From Nemertoderma westbladi (lineage: Eukaryota; Animalia; Xenacoelomorpha), in contig JAUCBJ010002739.1 of assembly GCA_032718475.1 (NCBI GenBank), positions 1 to 64,000 on the forward strand: a stretch of DNA of 64,000 nucleotides. The letters run 5' to 3'. Positions 10,935-23,757 of the stretch are shown one piece after another. The stretch's first letter is position 1. Each line of letters opens with the position of its first letter. The notes beneath the pieces were generated by a model, which was given only the letters and a program-made list of their open reading frames with translations, was not told the origin of the DNA and did not search any database. The translations under genes were made by a program, and so were the position numbers.

Positions 10935-12158
10935 TGTTCGCGCTTTCAGACCTTTGGCAGTTTAACCCGCCAAATTAGGATGTCTTCTAGATAATAAATC
11001 GCTTTAGCCTCTAACAAGTATTTGATTCACTACACTAGTTGAAACCAATCTGTGCGCGATCATTCACCCGTTGGATATACCCGGGAGATTGATTTCGACA
11101 GCTTAATCGTATTGCTATGTAAGCCTAATGTATTATTCGACTGACAGTATTATATAATCTCTGACAATATTATTCACCTTCGGGGAATATTAACAGTTCC
11201 TTTAGGACGTGGCGCTCTATTTATACAAACAGAGTTATGACTTAAACTACTCACAACGATATGGCTTAGTTACAATTCACATATATGGCGCATTCTTTAG
11301 GAAATGCTTCGTTATCAGTCTCACTCATACACAATGCTGCACAATACTGCACACTAATCTGCCGATCTTCACTGATTTTAGTCACATATAAAAGGAACAC
11401 GGACCGAATCATGTAGGGTCTATCAAATAACATTAGATTCACTTCAAACCACTTTAACATAAGTCACAATTGTTATATGTAACCCTTCTCTCTTACCTTC
11501 GGTATATCAAGAATATTGGGTTTCGGGGTTATTTATCGTTATTCCAAATATAATAATTCATCAACCATATTATGAAGAACTGACAGTAAATAGCAGTATA
11601 ACAATATAAAGTATGCACAGGTTGTTTGATTAGGTATGGTATGTTATGTTGTGATAAATGCAGATAACGGATATATGTCCTTATAATTAAGCCTACTAGT
11701 GTAGGGCTAAAGCCGTTCTTCCTGGCTTAGAATCACCAACAACACTAAAAACTGATAAGAATAACTATAAGAATACCAGCTACCCTTATTCTACAAAGAT
11801 CTCACCCACCACAGAGAATGAGCATACAGATAGGAAATTCAGTTCAGTAGATCTGTGATAGGTCAAAATCAAAACCAACTCAAATCCTATTGGCAGATAC
11901 AGTAGGCAGGGCTATGGGGCAACGTGGCAATATCAGCCGTTAGCCGTCGTCATGGTAGCGACACTGTTTTCAAGAGTATCGAGCTTTTACGTCACGAAAT
12001 TGCAGATTGTGTCCTCTAAAGTACAAATACAGAAGAAATGGCTTTTATGTCCTCCAAAACACCAGTACAGCAAGGACACGGCCCTTTTATGCCTGGTAAA
12101 CCAACCACAGAGTACTTTACGGGGATAATAACCGGCTAATTACGCAAAAGCTTTTACA
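10935..12158 (-). repeat. LTR (1224 bp): 5' LTR of B, also in the position of the 3' LTR of C
   Basis: Same termini as the other LTRs. On the element strand it is preceded by a purine-rich tract and followed by the B leader. Confidence 0.9.
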
Positions 12159-12170
12159 GCCTACCCCTCA
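12159..12170 (-). promoter_or_regulatory. Probable polypurine tract of copy C
   Basis: Element-sense TGAGGGGTAGGC directly before TGTAAAAGC. Confidence 0.55.
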
Positions 12171-13840
12171 CGGCCTCCGGACAGTGCAAGATCCTCAGCG
12201 CCGATATACTGTTGTCGCGGTGTTTATCACCAATGTAGTAGCTACACAACGACAACAATAACCAGCGCGAGTCACTCCACTGTCCGTCCTAAGGGCTTAG
12301 ATTGACTTCAGGTTCTCACTTTAGAGTTAGGGCTACTTTCACAACTGCGACTAGCTACTGTAAACACACTTTAGTAGCAACATTCACCTATAAACGCACA
12401 AACTCCACACAACTGTCACAAATTGTACACATTCGGGCCATTTGTCCGTTAGTCAAGTGCCTTCCAGAATGCCACGTTATTATTATGTATCCTTGGATAC
12501 TAGCAGTGCGCTATTTATTCCGTATGCTATTCAATGGGGCAAGCTTTCTATTGCTCTTTTAACTCGCTTCTAATTCTAGCGTGGTTGTTGCTATGGTGAC
12601 ATTATGGAAAGCTAGCAGTAGAATTAGGATAATTCTCATGCATACAGATCTGGGATGCTATTTAATAGTAATTCTTTAATTGTCAATATTCCCCTTTATA
12701 CATGACTTTATGAATTTTATCGGCTATTGACTATATATTGGAGATTCTCGCACACTAATACACTTAATAGGGAGAATCTCCGCTCCCATGATCTATTAAT
12801 TAATGGAATTTTGGGAATGTTATAAATTGTATAAAATAACAATTTATAAAATTCATGAAAGGATATGAATTTAAATTTATTCCCGTAAATTTTATTATTT
12901 AATATTAAAATAGACACAATTTTATTCCAGAATATGTCTGGGGACTGAGATCCTTGATTCTAGTAAATTTGTCCTTTTAAGAGTATCGGTAAGTGCTACG
13001 ATATCTTAATCGACTAGAATTTTTAAAGGATCTAAATTTTAACAGATCTTGATTTATAGATTTTCTCGGTTTACAAACTACTTAGAGTTTATTTGCGTGC
13101 ATTTACTCTATTATAACATTTGTTTTAATAGATTTTTATAAATATTAACTATGTAATATTTAAGATGGGCACCGATTTATTCCAGAACATGTCTGGGGAC
13201 GTTAACCACTGATTCTAGAATTTTGTCTTTCAAATATATCGGTGGGTGCCGCGGTATCTTAATCGACTAGAATTACAGATGGTCAAAGGGTTTAACAGAT
13301 TTATTTGCGTTGTACGCTACTGTTAAAGGGACATCACGCTACTATATGTATTATTTAATATATAATATAATTAATATAATAGAGCAATATTGCAAGAAGC
13401 AATGTCAGAGAGAAGAGGCAAGTCGTTTCCAAGGTCTACCCAGAGCTTGGTTTAGCCGAGACACGAGGATCTGAACTTTGCATTCCTAATACTCTACTTA
13501 CCAATAATACTTGAGTATATAGTAGGAGCTTTATTGTACTTTAATAAGTACGGACATTTCATCTTACTGTAGTCACGTATTTATAATATGATACGGACAG
13601 TAAGGAAAGAGAAAGAAGAATTATTTCTCGCCATTGCACTAAATATATAATATAAGTAATTAAGTAATAAACACGAGTATATATTGCACTAATCTACTAA
13701 ATAATCGCTAAAATAACATTCTACTAAATAAAATTAAAGAAAACGATTATTATAAAATTACATAATAATACATACCTAAATATAAAAATAATAAAAAACG
13801 AATATAAAATAATATGGTCACACACCCACTCCAGACGCTG

Positions 13841-16800
13841 TTACGTTGGGGAGTCCCTAGATGTCAGTTGGATTAGGGAGGTGGTCGCGGGAAGAGTATC
13901 TTGCCTTCCATAGTTTCCGGACAGTTCTCTGTCTCTCTCCAGTAAACATAAACGACCAACTGGGCGATTGAGCTGCTGCGTCTCGAATACAATTCCCGGT
14001 TTCTTAAAGTTACGTCGCATGACGACGAGTTCTACCGATCGCACTAAACCGTCATCCAAGATATGAGTCTCGATAATATGACCTGTCTGCCACCGCTTAC
14101 ATGGAAGATCTGTTTCCACAATAAGGACCATGTCTCCGGCGCTGACGTTTTCTTGCTGCGCAAACCACTTGGTTCGAAGTTGTAGCGTAGGCAGATAATG
14201 TTTTTCGAAATGGTCAGCGAAACGACGGGATAATAACTGCATAAGTTGCCAAGTTTGCCGGCAGTATTCGTCTCCGTCCGTGATTTCCGATCGTGGGAGC
14301 ATGGCTACAGGTTTCTTCAGTAGGAAGTGCGCGGGTGTTAGCGCTTCCAGGGAGTCGGGACTCGATGAGACTGGCATAAGCGGTCTTTCGTTAAGATAGG
14401 CGGCGATTTCTTCCATTAACGTACGCAAACGTTCGTCGGTGAGATACGCACGGCACGGCACTATCAGAAACCTCCATCAGAAACCTATCTGAGATTTTAT
14501 ATTTGGGAAGATCTTTAATAGCATGGACCTGCACAGATGTCGGTGGAGCGGTATCACTAGTGATCTTCGTCCTGGAGTAGTGATAATGGAAGCATCGCTT
14601 CAAATACGCAACGGCCTTACAAAGCCTGATTCCAGGAGCTATAGTGATGTATCGCCCTCTGTAGGAGAGGTGAGAGTCCCTGCGAAACGTCTGGTGTTCC
14701 AGATTTCCAGTCTCTCTCTCTGATTTCCACAACGGACTTATTTGTGGCGGGGAAGTTTAGATCCACAGCGTCGTCTCCGGAAAGATGTAGTACAGACAGA
14801 TCTATCACGGGTTTAAATAACTTCGATTTACTCGTCCGGGTTTTAGGTTTGACTTTCTCCGCTCCCTTGGCTTGTCTAATCTCAGCCGTGGTAAGATGAG
14901 GAGGCCATTCATCTTCTTCTTTACTTAGGAAGTCGGGTCCACCTAACCAGTCCGGAGTGTCTACCAGTTCTTGAGGAGTTGCTCCTCTGGAGGCGATGTC
15001 GGCTGGATTAATCGTCCCAGGGCAATGTCTCCATTGATCTACACTAGTGCGACTAAGTATAACGGCTACTCTGTTGGTAACAAAGACGCTGAACTGACAG
15101 ACTTCATTGGTTATATACTCCAAAACGAGTAAAGCATCAGTCCAATAGACAGTTTTCTCCAGTGGATAGTCGATCTGTTCTGTGACATTCCGGCCGATGG
15201 CTGTAGCGTATAGAGCCGCTTTTAACTCCGCTCGAGGAACTCGTAGCTTGTTGTTTATCAAGGCCTTAGAGGTAACCAAGGCAACTTTAATTCCATCCGG
15301 AGTTTCAACCCTCAGGTAGGCTACTATACCTATTCCCATATCGCTGGCGTCTCCAAACACATGGAGTTGATAGGAATACGTGGGGAGAACATGACCAAAA
15401 TATGAACGGGAAATCGTAAAGTTCTCGATGGATGGTAGAGAATCTTCCCATTTCATCCACTTCTTTAGTAGTTCTCCCTTAAGTGGATCGTCCCACGAGT
15501 GGTTTTCAAGCCACATTTGTTGAACTAAACTCCGAGCAACCAATATAACTGGGCTAATAAATCCCAATGGATCGAAATAAGTGCTCAGGATACTTAGACA
15601 AATCCGTTTAGTTCGAACTGGATTATCTCGCTGTTTTAGCTGGAAAAACAGGATATCTCTCTCCGTGTCCCATTTCAAACCAAGCGTCTTGGTTTCTGGA
15701 AGATCGTCCTTGATTAGGTCCAGGTCTTTAACTCCTCGGTCTTCTACCGGGATCGATTCCAGAAACTCACGGGAGTTGCTGGTGAATTTAGTTAGTCGAA
15801 ATCCACCACGTTTCAAACACTCTACCATTCCCTTGGCAACATCAATGGCTTCTTCCACCGATGGGAGGGACTTTAAATTATCGTCCATGTATATATCCCG
15901 TTTGATGTTGTCGATAACCGCTTTAGAGAAGGCGTCTCGGTTGTCATCAGCAGTGGTGCGCACTACTGAACAGGCGTTCGAGGGGCTCGAGATGATTCCG
16001 AAAGCCTGGATGGTCATCCAGTACTCCACAGGTTTTTGGCTGAGGTCTCCTTCAGGCCACCACAGAAATCGCAGGCTGTCTCGATCCCTATCCAGCGCCT
16101 TAACTTGTAAGAACATGCCTTCTATATCTGAGGCGAAGGCGATCGAATATTGCCGTAATCTTAAGAGTATTCCCAACAAGGATTGGAGTAAGTTGGGTCC
16201 CGGCAACAACTCCGAATTAAGGGATTGGCCCATGTAGAGGGCGGAGCCGTCAAATACTACCCGAACTTCGTTGGGTTTACCGGGTTTGGGAACGTAATGA
16301 TGGGTTAAATAATACGTTCTCTCAGTTATGGGTGTTTCTTCCGGTACTCGCTCCGCATATCCCTTATCGATGAATTTCTTCAGCTGTGTCTTGTACATCT
16401 CTTTAGCTGAAGCGTTTGCCGTAAGACGTCGATGTAGTTGAGCGATTCTTTTCTCAGCCAAGGGTCGGTTATTTATAAAATTAGGTTCTCGCTTTCGAAA
16501 TGGCAGACCAATTTCATACCTCCCTTGATCCCTAAGGAAACGTGTAGTCGTTGCCTGGATCTGCTTGGCTCTTTCCTCCTCGACTGATAGTGCTTTGTCG
16601 TAGGAATTAGGTTCTACAGCTTCTTGAGTAAAGAATCGTACGGCGTGTTCGTCGCGAATCTTAGCATTATGTCGATCTATCACCTCATTTAGCTCATCGT
16701 CATAATTGAGTTGTCCGCCATGATGGACGAGATGGCAAAGGTGCACTTGGTTTCTCCAAGCTTCACTTTCAGTGAGGAGGTCTATCGTATTTTCCTCGTC

Positions 16801-19800
16801 AAATAGCTGGGTAATATCGTCGTTATCTGAGGAGTATGGTGTTCCCTCAGGTGTGATTTCTCCCTCACTGATTTCTTCTTCCCATTCACTCACCTGGTGC
16901 ACTTGTTCAGGGGGTAATCTTTCCATGAGCGTTCTACGGGAAGGTCCAGTGAAGTACCAACCTACTCTAGTTCTTCCCGCATAAGTTTGCAATGGTTGCG
17001 GTCGAGCAGGTCGTTTCTCTAATGTCTCAAGCGCCTCATGCGCATTTTGGCCGATTAAAATTTGCACCCCTGGGTAGTCGGTGTTGAATCTAGGGATATT
17101 ATGTTGCTGGGTAAAATCGTCTTCATCCCAGTTGTAAGGTTCTACTTGGCTGGTAGCAAAGTTCTTTATCGCCACCATTTTTACTGACCTTATACTGTGT
17201 TCTCCTAGTTCGTCTTGGGGAGTGGACAACGCACCTACATAGTAGTCTGTAGCTACGGTAGATTTCCAAACCTGCATAATTCCTGAAAGGTTCAACTTAG
17301 TTCGGAACTTGGGTTGTCCTGCAAAGATGTCTTCGGCTAGTTCTTTATCGATGAACGTTCCTGTGCTGCCGGAGTCCAGGAGTGCGTTGACTATAAAACT
17401 CTTACTCAACCCATGGACTCTTAGCTGAACTACGGGGAATTCCCGGATTCCGACGTTGGAAGTTGGTGCTTTCCAAGATGGTTGTCGGTCAGGAATAGCC
17501 GGGTGCGCTTCGTTATCGGTTTCAGTCTCATACGTAAGCGCTCGATACACCGCGGTGTTTATTAGATAACAGGATTCGTTTTCGTCGGAGAATTCATCCG
17601 CGTAGAATCCTTCCATCTCAGAACTTTGGTCAGTGTCGTTCACATCACTGAATTGGACATGTAGTTCGGACTCACTTACCTGACTCGGGCTGTTTCTTTC
17701 AAATTCGGTGTGCAACAAGATATGATGTTTCGCGCCGCACTTAGCACACCTCGCTTCGGAGTAACAGGTTCGCCGTTGGTGTCCTTGTCTGAGACAATTA
17801 TAACACAACCGCTTATCCCACATGACATCACGTCTATCTTTTAGGGATTTCTTTAAGAATTCATCACACACACTTAAACGGTGGGGCCCGTCGCACAATG
17901 CACATTTTGGTTTGATGTTACTTACTTTACCTCGGGTAACGTTGTGCACACTCGTTCTTTCCTCGGGCTTTCTTCCATGAATTCTCTTAGGAGACGTAGG
18001 AGGAGTTTTTGTTACCTGTTCTCTCCTGTCACTAGTTCGAGACTTAAATTTACTTACGTCCTTAGGTGCTTTGTTGACATAGTAAGATCTTTCGGTGTCT
18101 TTCCCGTTGCTCTCCTCTTGAGAGGTCTGGCTTTCGCCTTCGTCTGTATAACACACTGGTGTTACCTTTCTCCTAGAAACGGGTTTTTCACTTACCTTAT
18201 TTTCCGGTGTCTTCTCTCGGGACTGCTTTAGGAGCTGTAATTTTACCTCTCCATCTAAGAATGACATGAGATCAGCCATGGTAGGGTCTCTTCGTTGTTG
18301 TTCCATCATATATAGAACTCTTTTGTCCCAACGAGTACCTACTCCACCCTTTGGCAAGGTAGATGCTACAGCTCCAATAATCATAGAACTCTGATACTCA
18401 TGAGACTTACCTAGCCAATCTAATTGTCTACAAATCTCCTGGATCTCATCGGAAAACTCTATAATCCCGCTGCTAAGAAACTTTCGTGGCGCTACCAATT
18501 TCGCATACAAATACCTAGCTATGTTATTCCTATTGCCATACCTGATGTTTAGTGTATCCCAAACTTGTCTTAATCCATCTGGATGTCCAATAAACTTTAA
18601 CGCCATTAACTTGGGAGATCCTTCCAAGCACTCGATGAGGAATCTAAGTTTCTCTCCGTTAGATAGCACAGAGTTATGTATGTTATCTTTATAATATTCA
18701 TTAAAAGGTAACCATTTCATCTCATCTCCGTTGAACTTGACGATCTCTCCCACCTTTACCGCTTAACGGGCTTCGGTTCTAGCCATTTGACGCGTAAAAC
18801 TTTCTTGGGCCATCGTATTATTCAATATTGAGTTATCGGTATATAAATTTCTCAGATTATGATCAGGTCTATATGGAATATCATTATCAGCAGGTCCATC
18901 ATTACCCTGAATAGGGTTTACTATAGGAGTTTCTACTTCACTAGCAGTATAGATGCGTGTAGGTTCCACACCTTGCGCATGAAATACTTCAGACCTAACA
19001 GGTTGACACATTGTTACAGGGGGTGGTGTTATACCCCTTTGTATATTTACTAATTTATCGCGTTCTAACGCGATACTCTGCTGCACTTCTTGCAGTTCTA
19101 ACCTACCCTCTCTTACTGTTCCCTTTAACTGCTGCACAGTCCCTTCCATTTCTCGGACGTGCTGGGAGGAACGGATGCGCTGTTCCTCCAATTGTCCGAG
19201 CCTTCCATTGATCCATCCCCCGTCGTCCCTCATCCACCCACTCGACCACCGAAGCGGGAGCCGCCAACATAGTAGTGGGTAGACGAGGGACGATGGGCGA
19301 TAAATCGTGGATGTCTCGCTCGGCGTCCAAGACTGGGACTGTTTCTTCAGCTAGTTTATTGGGCACAGGTAATTTAGTACTGTGCAAAGGGAATTTTGAG
19401 GTAGGTTCTGGGAGTACAGGTGTCTCTATCACCGAAGGGTTGGCTTCGAGAACAGGCCTAATTATTTCAGGCTCATCTACTATAGTAGGGAGTCTTTCTA
19501 CTCTAATAATTTGGTCTGTGGGTTCTGTACTACCTAAGTCTGTGCTAGCTAGTTGCCTTCTCACAGCTGGGGGCAAATTAGGCAATTTCTGATGGTGAGG
19601 CGTTCTCCTACGTCTGCTGGAACGAGATCTATTTCCTCCGCCTTCAGGATCTGTTGTATCGCCTTCATCAGATGATGTAAATCCCCGTCTCTTGGGAATA
19701 GATCGCCTTATCATCTGCCACTGACTAGCTGTTCTCTGTTTATCTATGTAGTCTTGCTTCTCTTTAAGATTTTCCAACTCTAGTTGAGTTGTCTCTTCAG

Positions 19801-21084
19801 ACGCCCTCCGTTCTGCTTCTACCACTGCCTCTGCCGCTTTTCTTTCCGCTTCTGCCGCTGCTACTGCTGCTTTTCTTTCAACTTCTGCCGCTGCCGCTGC
19901 TGCTGTCTTTCTGTCTTCTATTCGTTTTTTCTTTAACTGTTCTTCTTGGACCCTAGCGATGCGGCTGCTTTCATCAAATTTAGCTTGGTTTGCGGCTAAC
20001 ATTTCCGCATCTAATGAGTCCAACACAAACTTGGCTCCTTCACTAGTAGGGCGAAGTCCAGCTAGCCGTATCCTCAACTCTTTGTCACCTATAAATCGTT
20101 GATAGTCCGACAGATAGATGTCAATAGCGTCCTTCTTCTGAGGTTTCTCCAATGTCGCTTCGCTTTCCACTTGAGAAAAGGTAGCGTCTGTTGATTCTCT
20201 GTGGGTTGAGCGCTCAGTTAGCTGAATTTTCCATTGGGATGTTCCTTGGACTTTAAGACTCCCCGTTGGAACCAATTCTTTACGGCAACTTGCAATGACG
20301 TGTCTTGACTTTTCTTCGAGGCTTCCTCAAAGGCCGAAAGGATTAGTCTAATTCTTAGGATTCGTTCTCGAACTTGATATAGCAGCTCTCCCTGCTCTTG
20401 AGGTCCTTGGGGTTGTTGAAACAGTTGTTCCTCTAATCGCTCCAAAGAGCTGAAGAATCCCTGTACATATCCGGCTGCCAACCTCTTCCACACAGCTGGA
20501 TCTCTAGTGTCCTTTACCACTCCCATCCTGTATAAGTCCTCCCAGGCAGCTTCCGATAAGTTAAACGGGAGTCCGGGTCCGGGGAAGATCCATTGCGTCT
20601 CGACAATAGATTTCAGTTCCTCTTTCGTGTATCCTGCATAACTGTCCTTGGTCAATCGCTTACTTCTCGCCCAATCAATTTGATGTTCGTCCACCGCAAT
20701 CAATACTCTAGTGAGTACGGCTTCAGGAAGAATGAGAAGTGGATCCGAATAAACTGCATCTGCCATCTTTGCTCCGCGCTCGGGTGGCAACTCTACAGTA
20801 TCTGAACTACTGGAGCTATCGGGCCGCTGAGAAATAAGTTCTCGGCTCGGGTGTTGCTGCTGTTTAACAGCTGCCTCTTGGTCCCGCTTGACTTGAGCCC
20901 GAGTGCCTATGATAGACCTACGGTGCTTTACTAGTCTAGGGTCTGATACTACTACTGAAGGGATGACTTTTCTTACAGTAGGAGGGGACTTGAACATTGG
21001 TCTCAAACGTTCGGCACTCCTATCGGAGTCGCAGACTGTTGTTTCTAAGAGACTATCTGACAGAGTTTGCTTTTTGTCAGCCAT
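13841..21084 (-). pseudogene. Disrupted BEL/Pao gag-pol of copy C
   Basis: ORF pieces 20218-21084, 19103-20275, 18763-19233, 14617-18753, 14391-14732, 13841-14461. Frameshifts near 20260 and 19205; CAA>TAA at 18763-18765. Motifs LDSGS, RVVFDGS, YMDD, FGDAS, NPADIASRG and integrase C-terminus (LNERPL, LTPAHFL). HHCC finger and DDE core not found (deleted). Confidence 0.92.
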
Positions 21085-22899
21085 GTTTGATTGTACAGTT
21101 GAATGCCTACTACTATAATGACAGTTAAAGCAAGTCTAGTAATTCAGTATCAACTGTTAGCCTAGTAATTGATTACCGATATCGTTACTCAATGTAACGC
21201 GATATATATATAATATATTAGAGTACCGGTGTACACTTATAGTATATATATAAGTATTATTACAAACTAGGGTTTGTCACAGAATACCGGTATATAATTT
21301 CAGCATAAATATATATAAATATATAATAAGCCTACCGTGAATACCGGTATACAGCTTACACTTATAGTATATATAAGTATAATTATAGACTAAAATTAAT
21401 TACAGAATACCGGTATATAATTTCAGCATAAATTTATAGAAATAAATGTAATAAGCCTATAGTAAATACCGGTATGTCAATTATTTTAGAATAACTGAAT
21501 TTCTGAATTTTAGGGTTACTTTTCTTTACTTTGTTACTGTTATTAAGCAGTAGTCCAACTGATATTAAGACCTAATTGATGTATGACAGGCCTACTATTT
21601 TATAAATCGGTTTGATTTGATTTATAATATATATATACCCTTATAATAGGTTTTGACAATATTTGAAATAAATGTTATTATTTCTGGTAAGGAGTCACTA
21701 CACCGAAGCTGAACGCTCTCAGTGGAGTGCTACTTATTGGACACTAAAACAAATAATTCTACTTTACTAAGTTACTTATTACTATAAATTACATACAATT
21801 ACGGGGTGAGATTACAATCTCTAAATAAACACAAAAATTACACGTACAAATTTGAGGGTAATTTTACAGGAAATCTACAAACCAGCCTAACAAGGGGTTA
21901 GAATTTCTGGTTATTACAACGGACAGGATACTACGGTGTTTGAAAATAATTAAGCAGTAGTAAATAAATTGCGTTGTCCAGATAAGAAAATACCACTGTC
22001 TGACGACTTATAGTCTTTAGCTGTACAGCTCTATAAGTACTACGTTATGTACCCGGAGTGTTCTTACGTAGAAGTTAATTACCGCAGCCAACCAGAGCCA
22101 ACGTGCCTATTAACCACTTTACAACACAAATATACTGTCTACGCACTAATTACCTCCGGAAAGTATTGTACACTAAACCCTAAATTAGGTACAAGTACTT
22201 ATACAACAAATAACCAGCAGTTAAAAATACTTGTACAGCTAAAAGAACCACAGTATCTGCTGGAGTGACTAGAGCATAAAATCACCAGTCTTTACCTATG
22301 CCAAGCAGCCCTGATGTAATACCGGGGTTAATTTAACCATAACAGTATGTATAACAAGCACAATTACTGTAGGAATAAACTTGGGGAGTTATGTATGTTG
22401 CGAATACTCGCATATACTCTGAATAATAAATATTACGCTACCTGTGCAGACTACACAAACAAAATACAAACCAAACGCTGGCAGACTACTATCAAGCCTA
22501 AATAAACTACAGTATATGCAGACTCCGAAATGGTTAGTTAGTACGCGTTCTAACCGAGTAGTACGACTTATTCTTTCGGGGGGGATTTACCTTACAGCAC
22601 TGGATGCCCCCACCTTCCTAACTAGTACTTTATCGGACATACACTCTACACACACTGCAATCTCTTCAGACTCAACAACAGTCAGACAACAATCCAGCCT
22701 ACAAATTATTTATACAATCTGAGCAGGCTTACACGCCTTCTGCTCAATATTACACTTACAAATAAGTAAAACTGACAGAAATAAATAAGCTCTAAAAGAA
22801 ACAAGGGGTGTACAGTCCATAATCTCTTAAACAGCCTACCAATATACAATATCACAATCGAAATAATACTGGTACCGGTAAGGTACCAGTACACTGTTG

Positions 22900-23757
22900 C
22901 ACTGCTGCATACAACTGCACACTGCTGCACACGGATCTGCCGACCGTCACTGAATTTAATCATATATAAGGAGGATAGCAACTGACACATGTAGGGCTTA
23001 TGAAATAGCATTGACACACACTAAAACCACTGTAATGTAAGTCGCAATTGCTACCAGTAACCGGTCTCTCTAACCTTTGTTAATCAAGAAGATTGGGGTT
23101 TTATGATTATTTATCGATATTCTCCAAATATAACACATATCCATCAACAGTTAACAATTAATAACCGACAGTAAATAGCAGTAAAATAATGCGGTGAAAT
23201 TGGTGCAGACAGTTTGTTTGTGACCAATTTGTTGTAGTTTGTTCAGTTTGCAGTTTCATCAGTTGGTAGGTGCAGGTAATAGATTTACGTTTTTATAATC
23301 AAAGCCGTCTAATGTTGGCCAAAGTCTGAAACTTCCAACACAGAAGTACAGAATCATTTCTAAGCAGTTGTTCTCGCTCAGAAAGGTAAACAAAGACCGT
23401 CATGCATTGCGCGATTTCCCGTAGGCTTCTGTGCAAAATAAAATGAAAATCGCTCTGATTGGTCGAGTGAGCCGAACAAAGAAAGTTAAGAAAGCTCCAC
23501 ATCGACATCAAATCAGCTGACAGATTTCGTCATCTGAACTACACTGTATTAAGAGTATTTGGCGTATTGCGGCATAAAATGGCTTGTTATGTCCTTTAAA
23601 ACACCTACAGAGTACATTGCGGAGAAAATGGCTTGTTATGTCCGCTAAAACACCTACAGAGTACATTGCGGAGAAAATGGCTTGTTATGTCCGCTAAAAC
23701 AACTAAACAGTTCATTGCGGAGAAAAATGACTGGTTATATCCGCAAAAGCTTTTACA
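22900..23757 (-). repeat. 5' LTR of copy C; 3' end and PBS deleted; ~50-bp tandem repeats near its 5' end (~23570-23745)
   Basis: Closest to the solo LTR at 54934. Sequence equivalent to A ~3625-4185 is missing at ~22870-22900 (boundary approximate). Confidence 0.8.

Larger units (their letters stand above)
4955..12158 (-). mobile_element. BEL/Pao copy B, internally deleted (gag-protease only), ending at the LTR of copy A
   Basis: LTR 10935-12158, leader, ORF 5055-8657. Segment ~4960-5040 matches the post-RNase H region of C (~14655-14727), so ~2.3 kb of RT/RNase H is missing. Confidence 0.92.
12159..23757 (-). mobile_element. BEL/Pao copy C: partial 5' LTR, leader, disrupted gag-pol, ~1.7 kb 3' non-coding region
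   Basis: LTR start at 23757; domain order gag-PR-RT-RH-IN with BEL motifs. Confidence 0.95.

Noticed and set aside
12302-12917. env gene in the 3' region of BEL copy C
   Set aside because: Only short AT-rich ORFs with no glycoprotein features.
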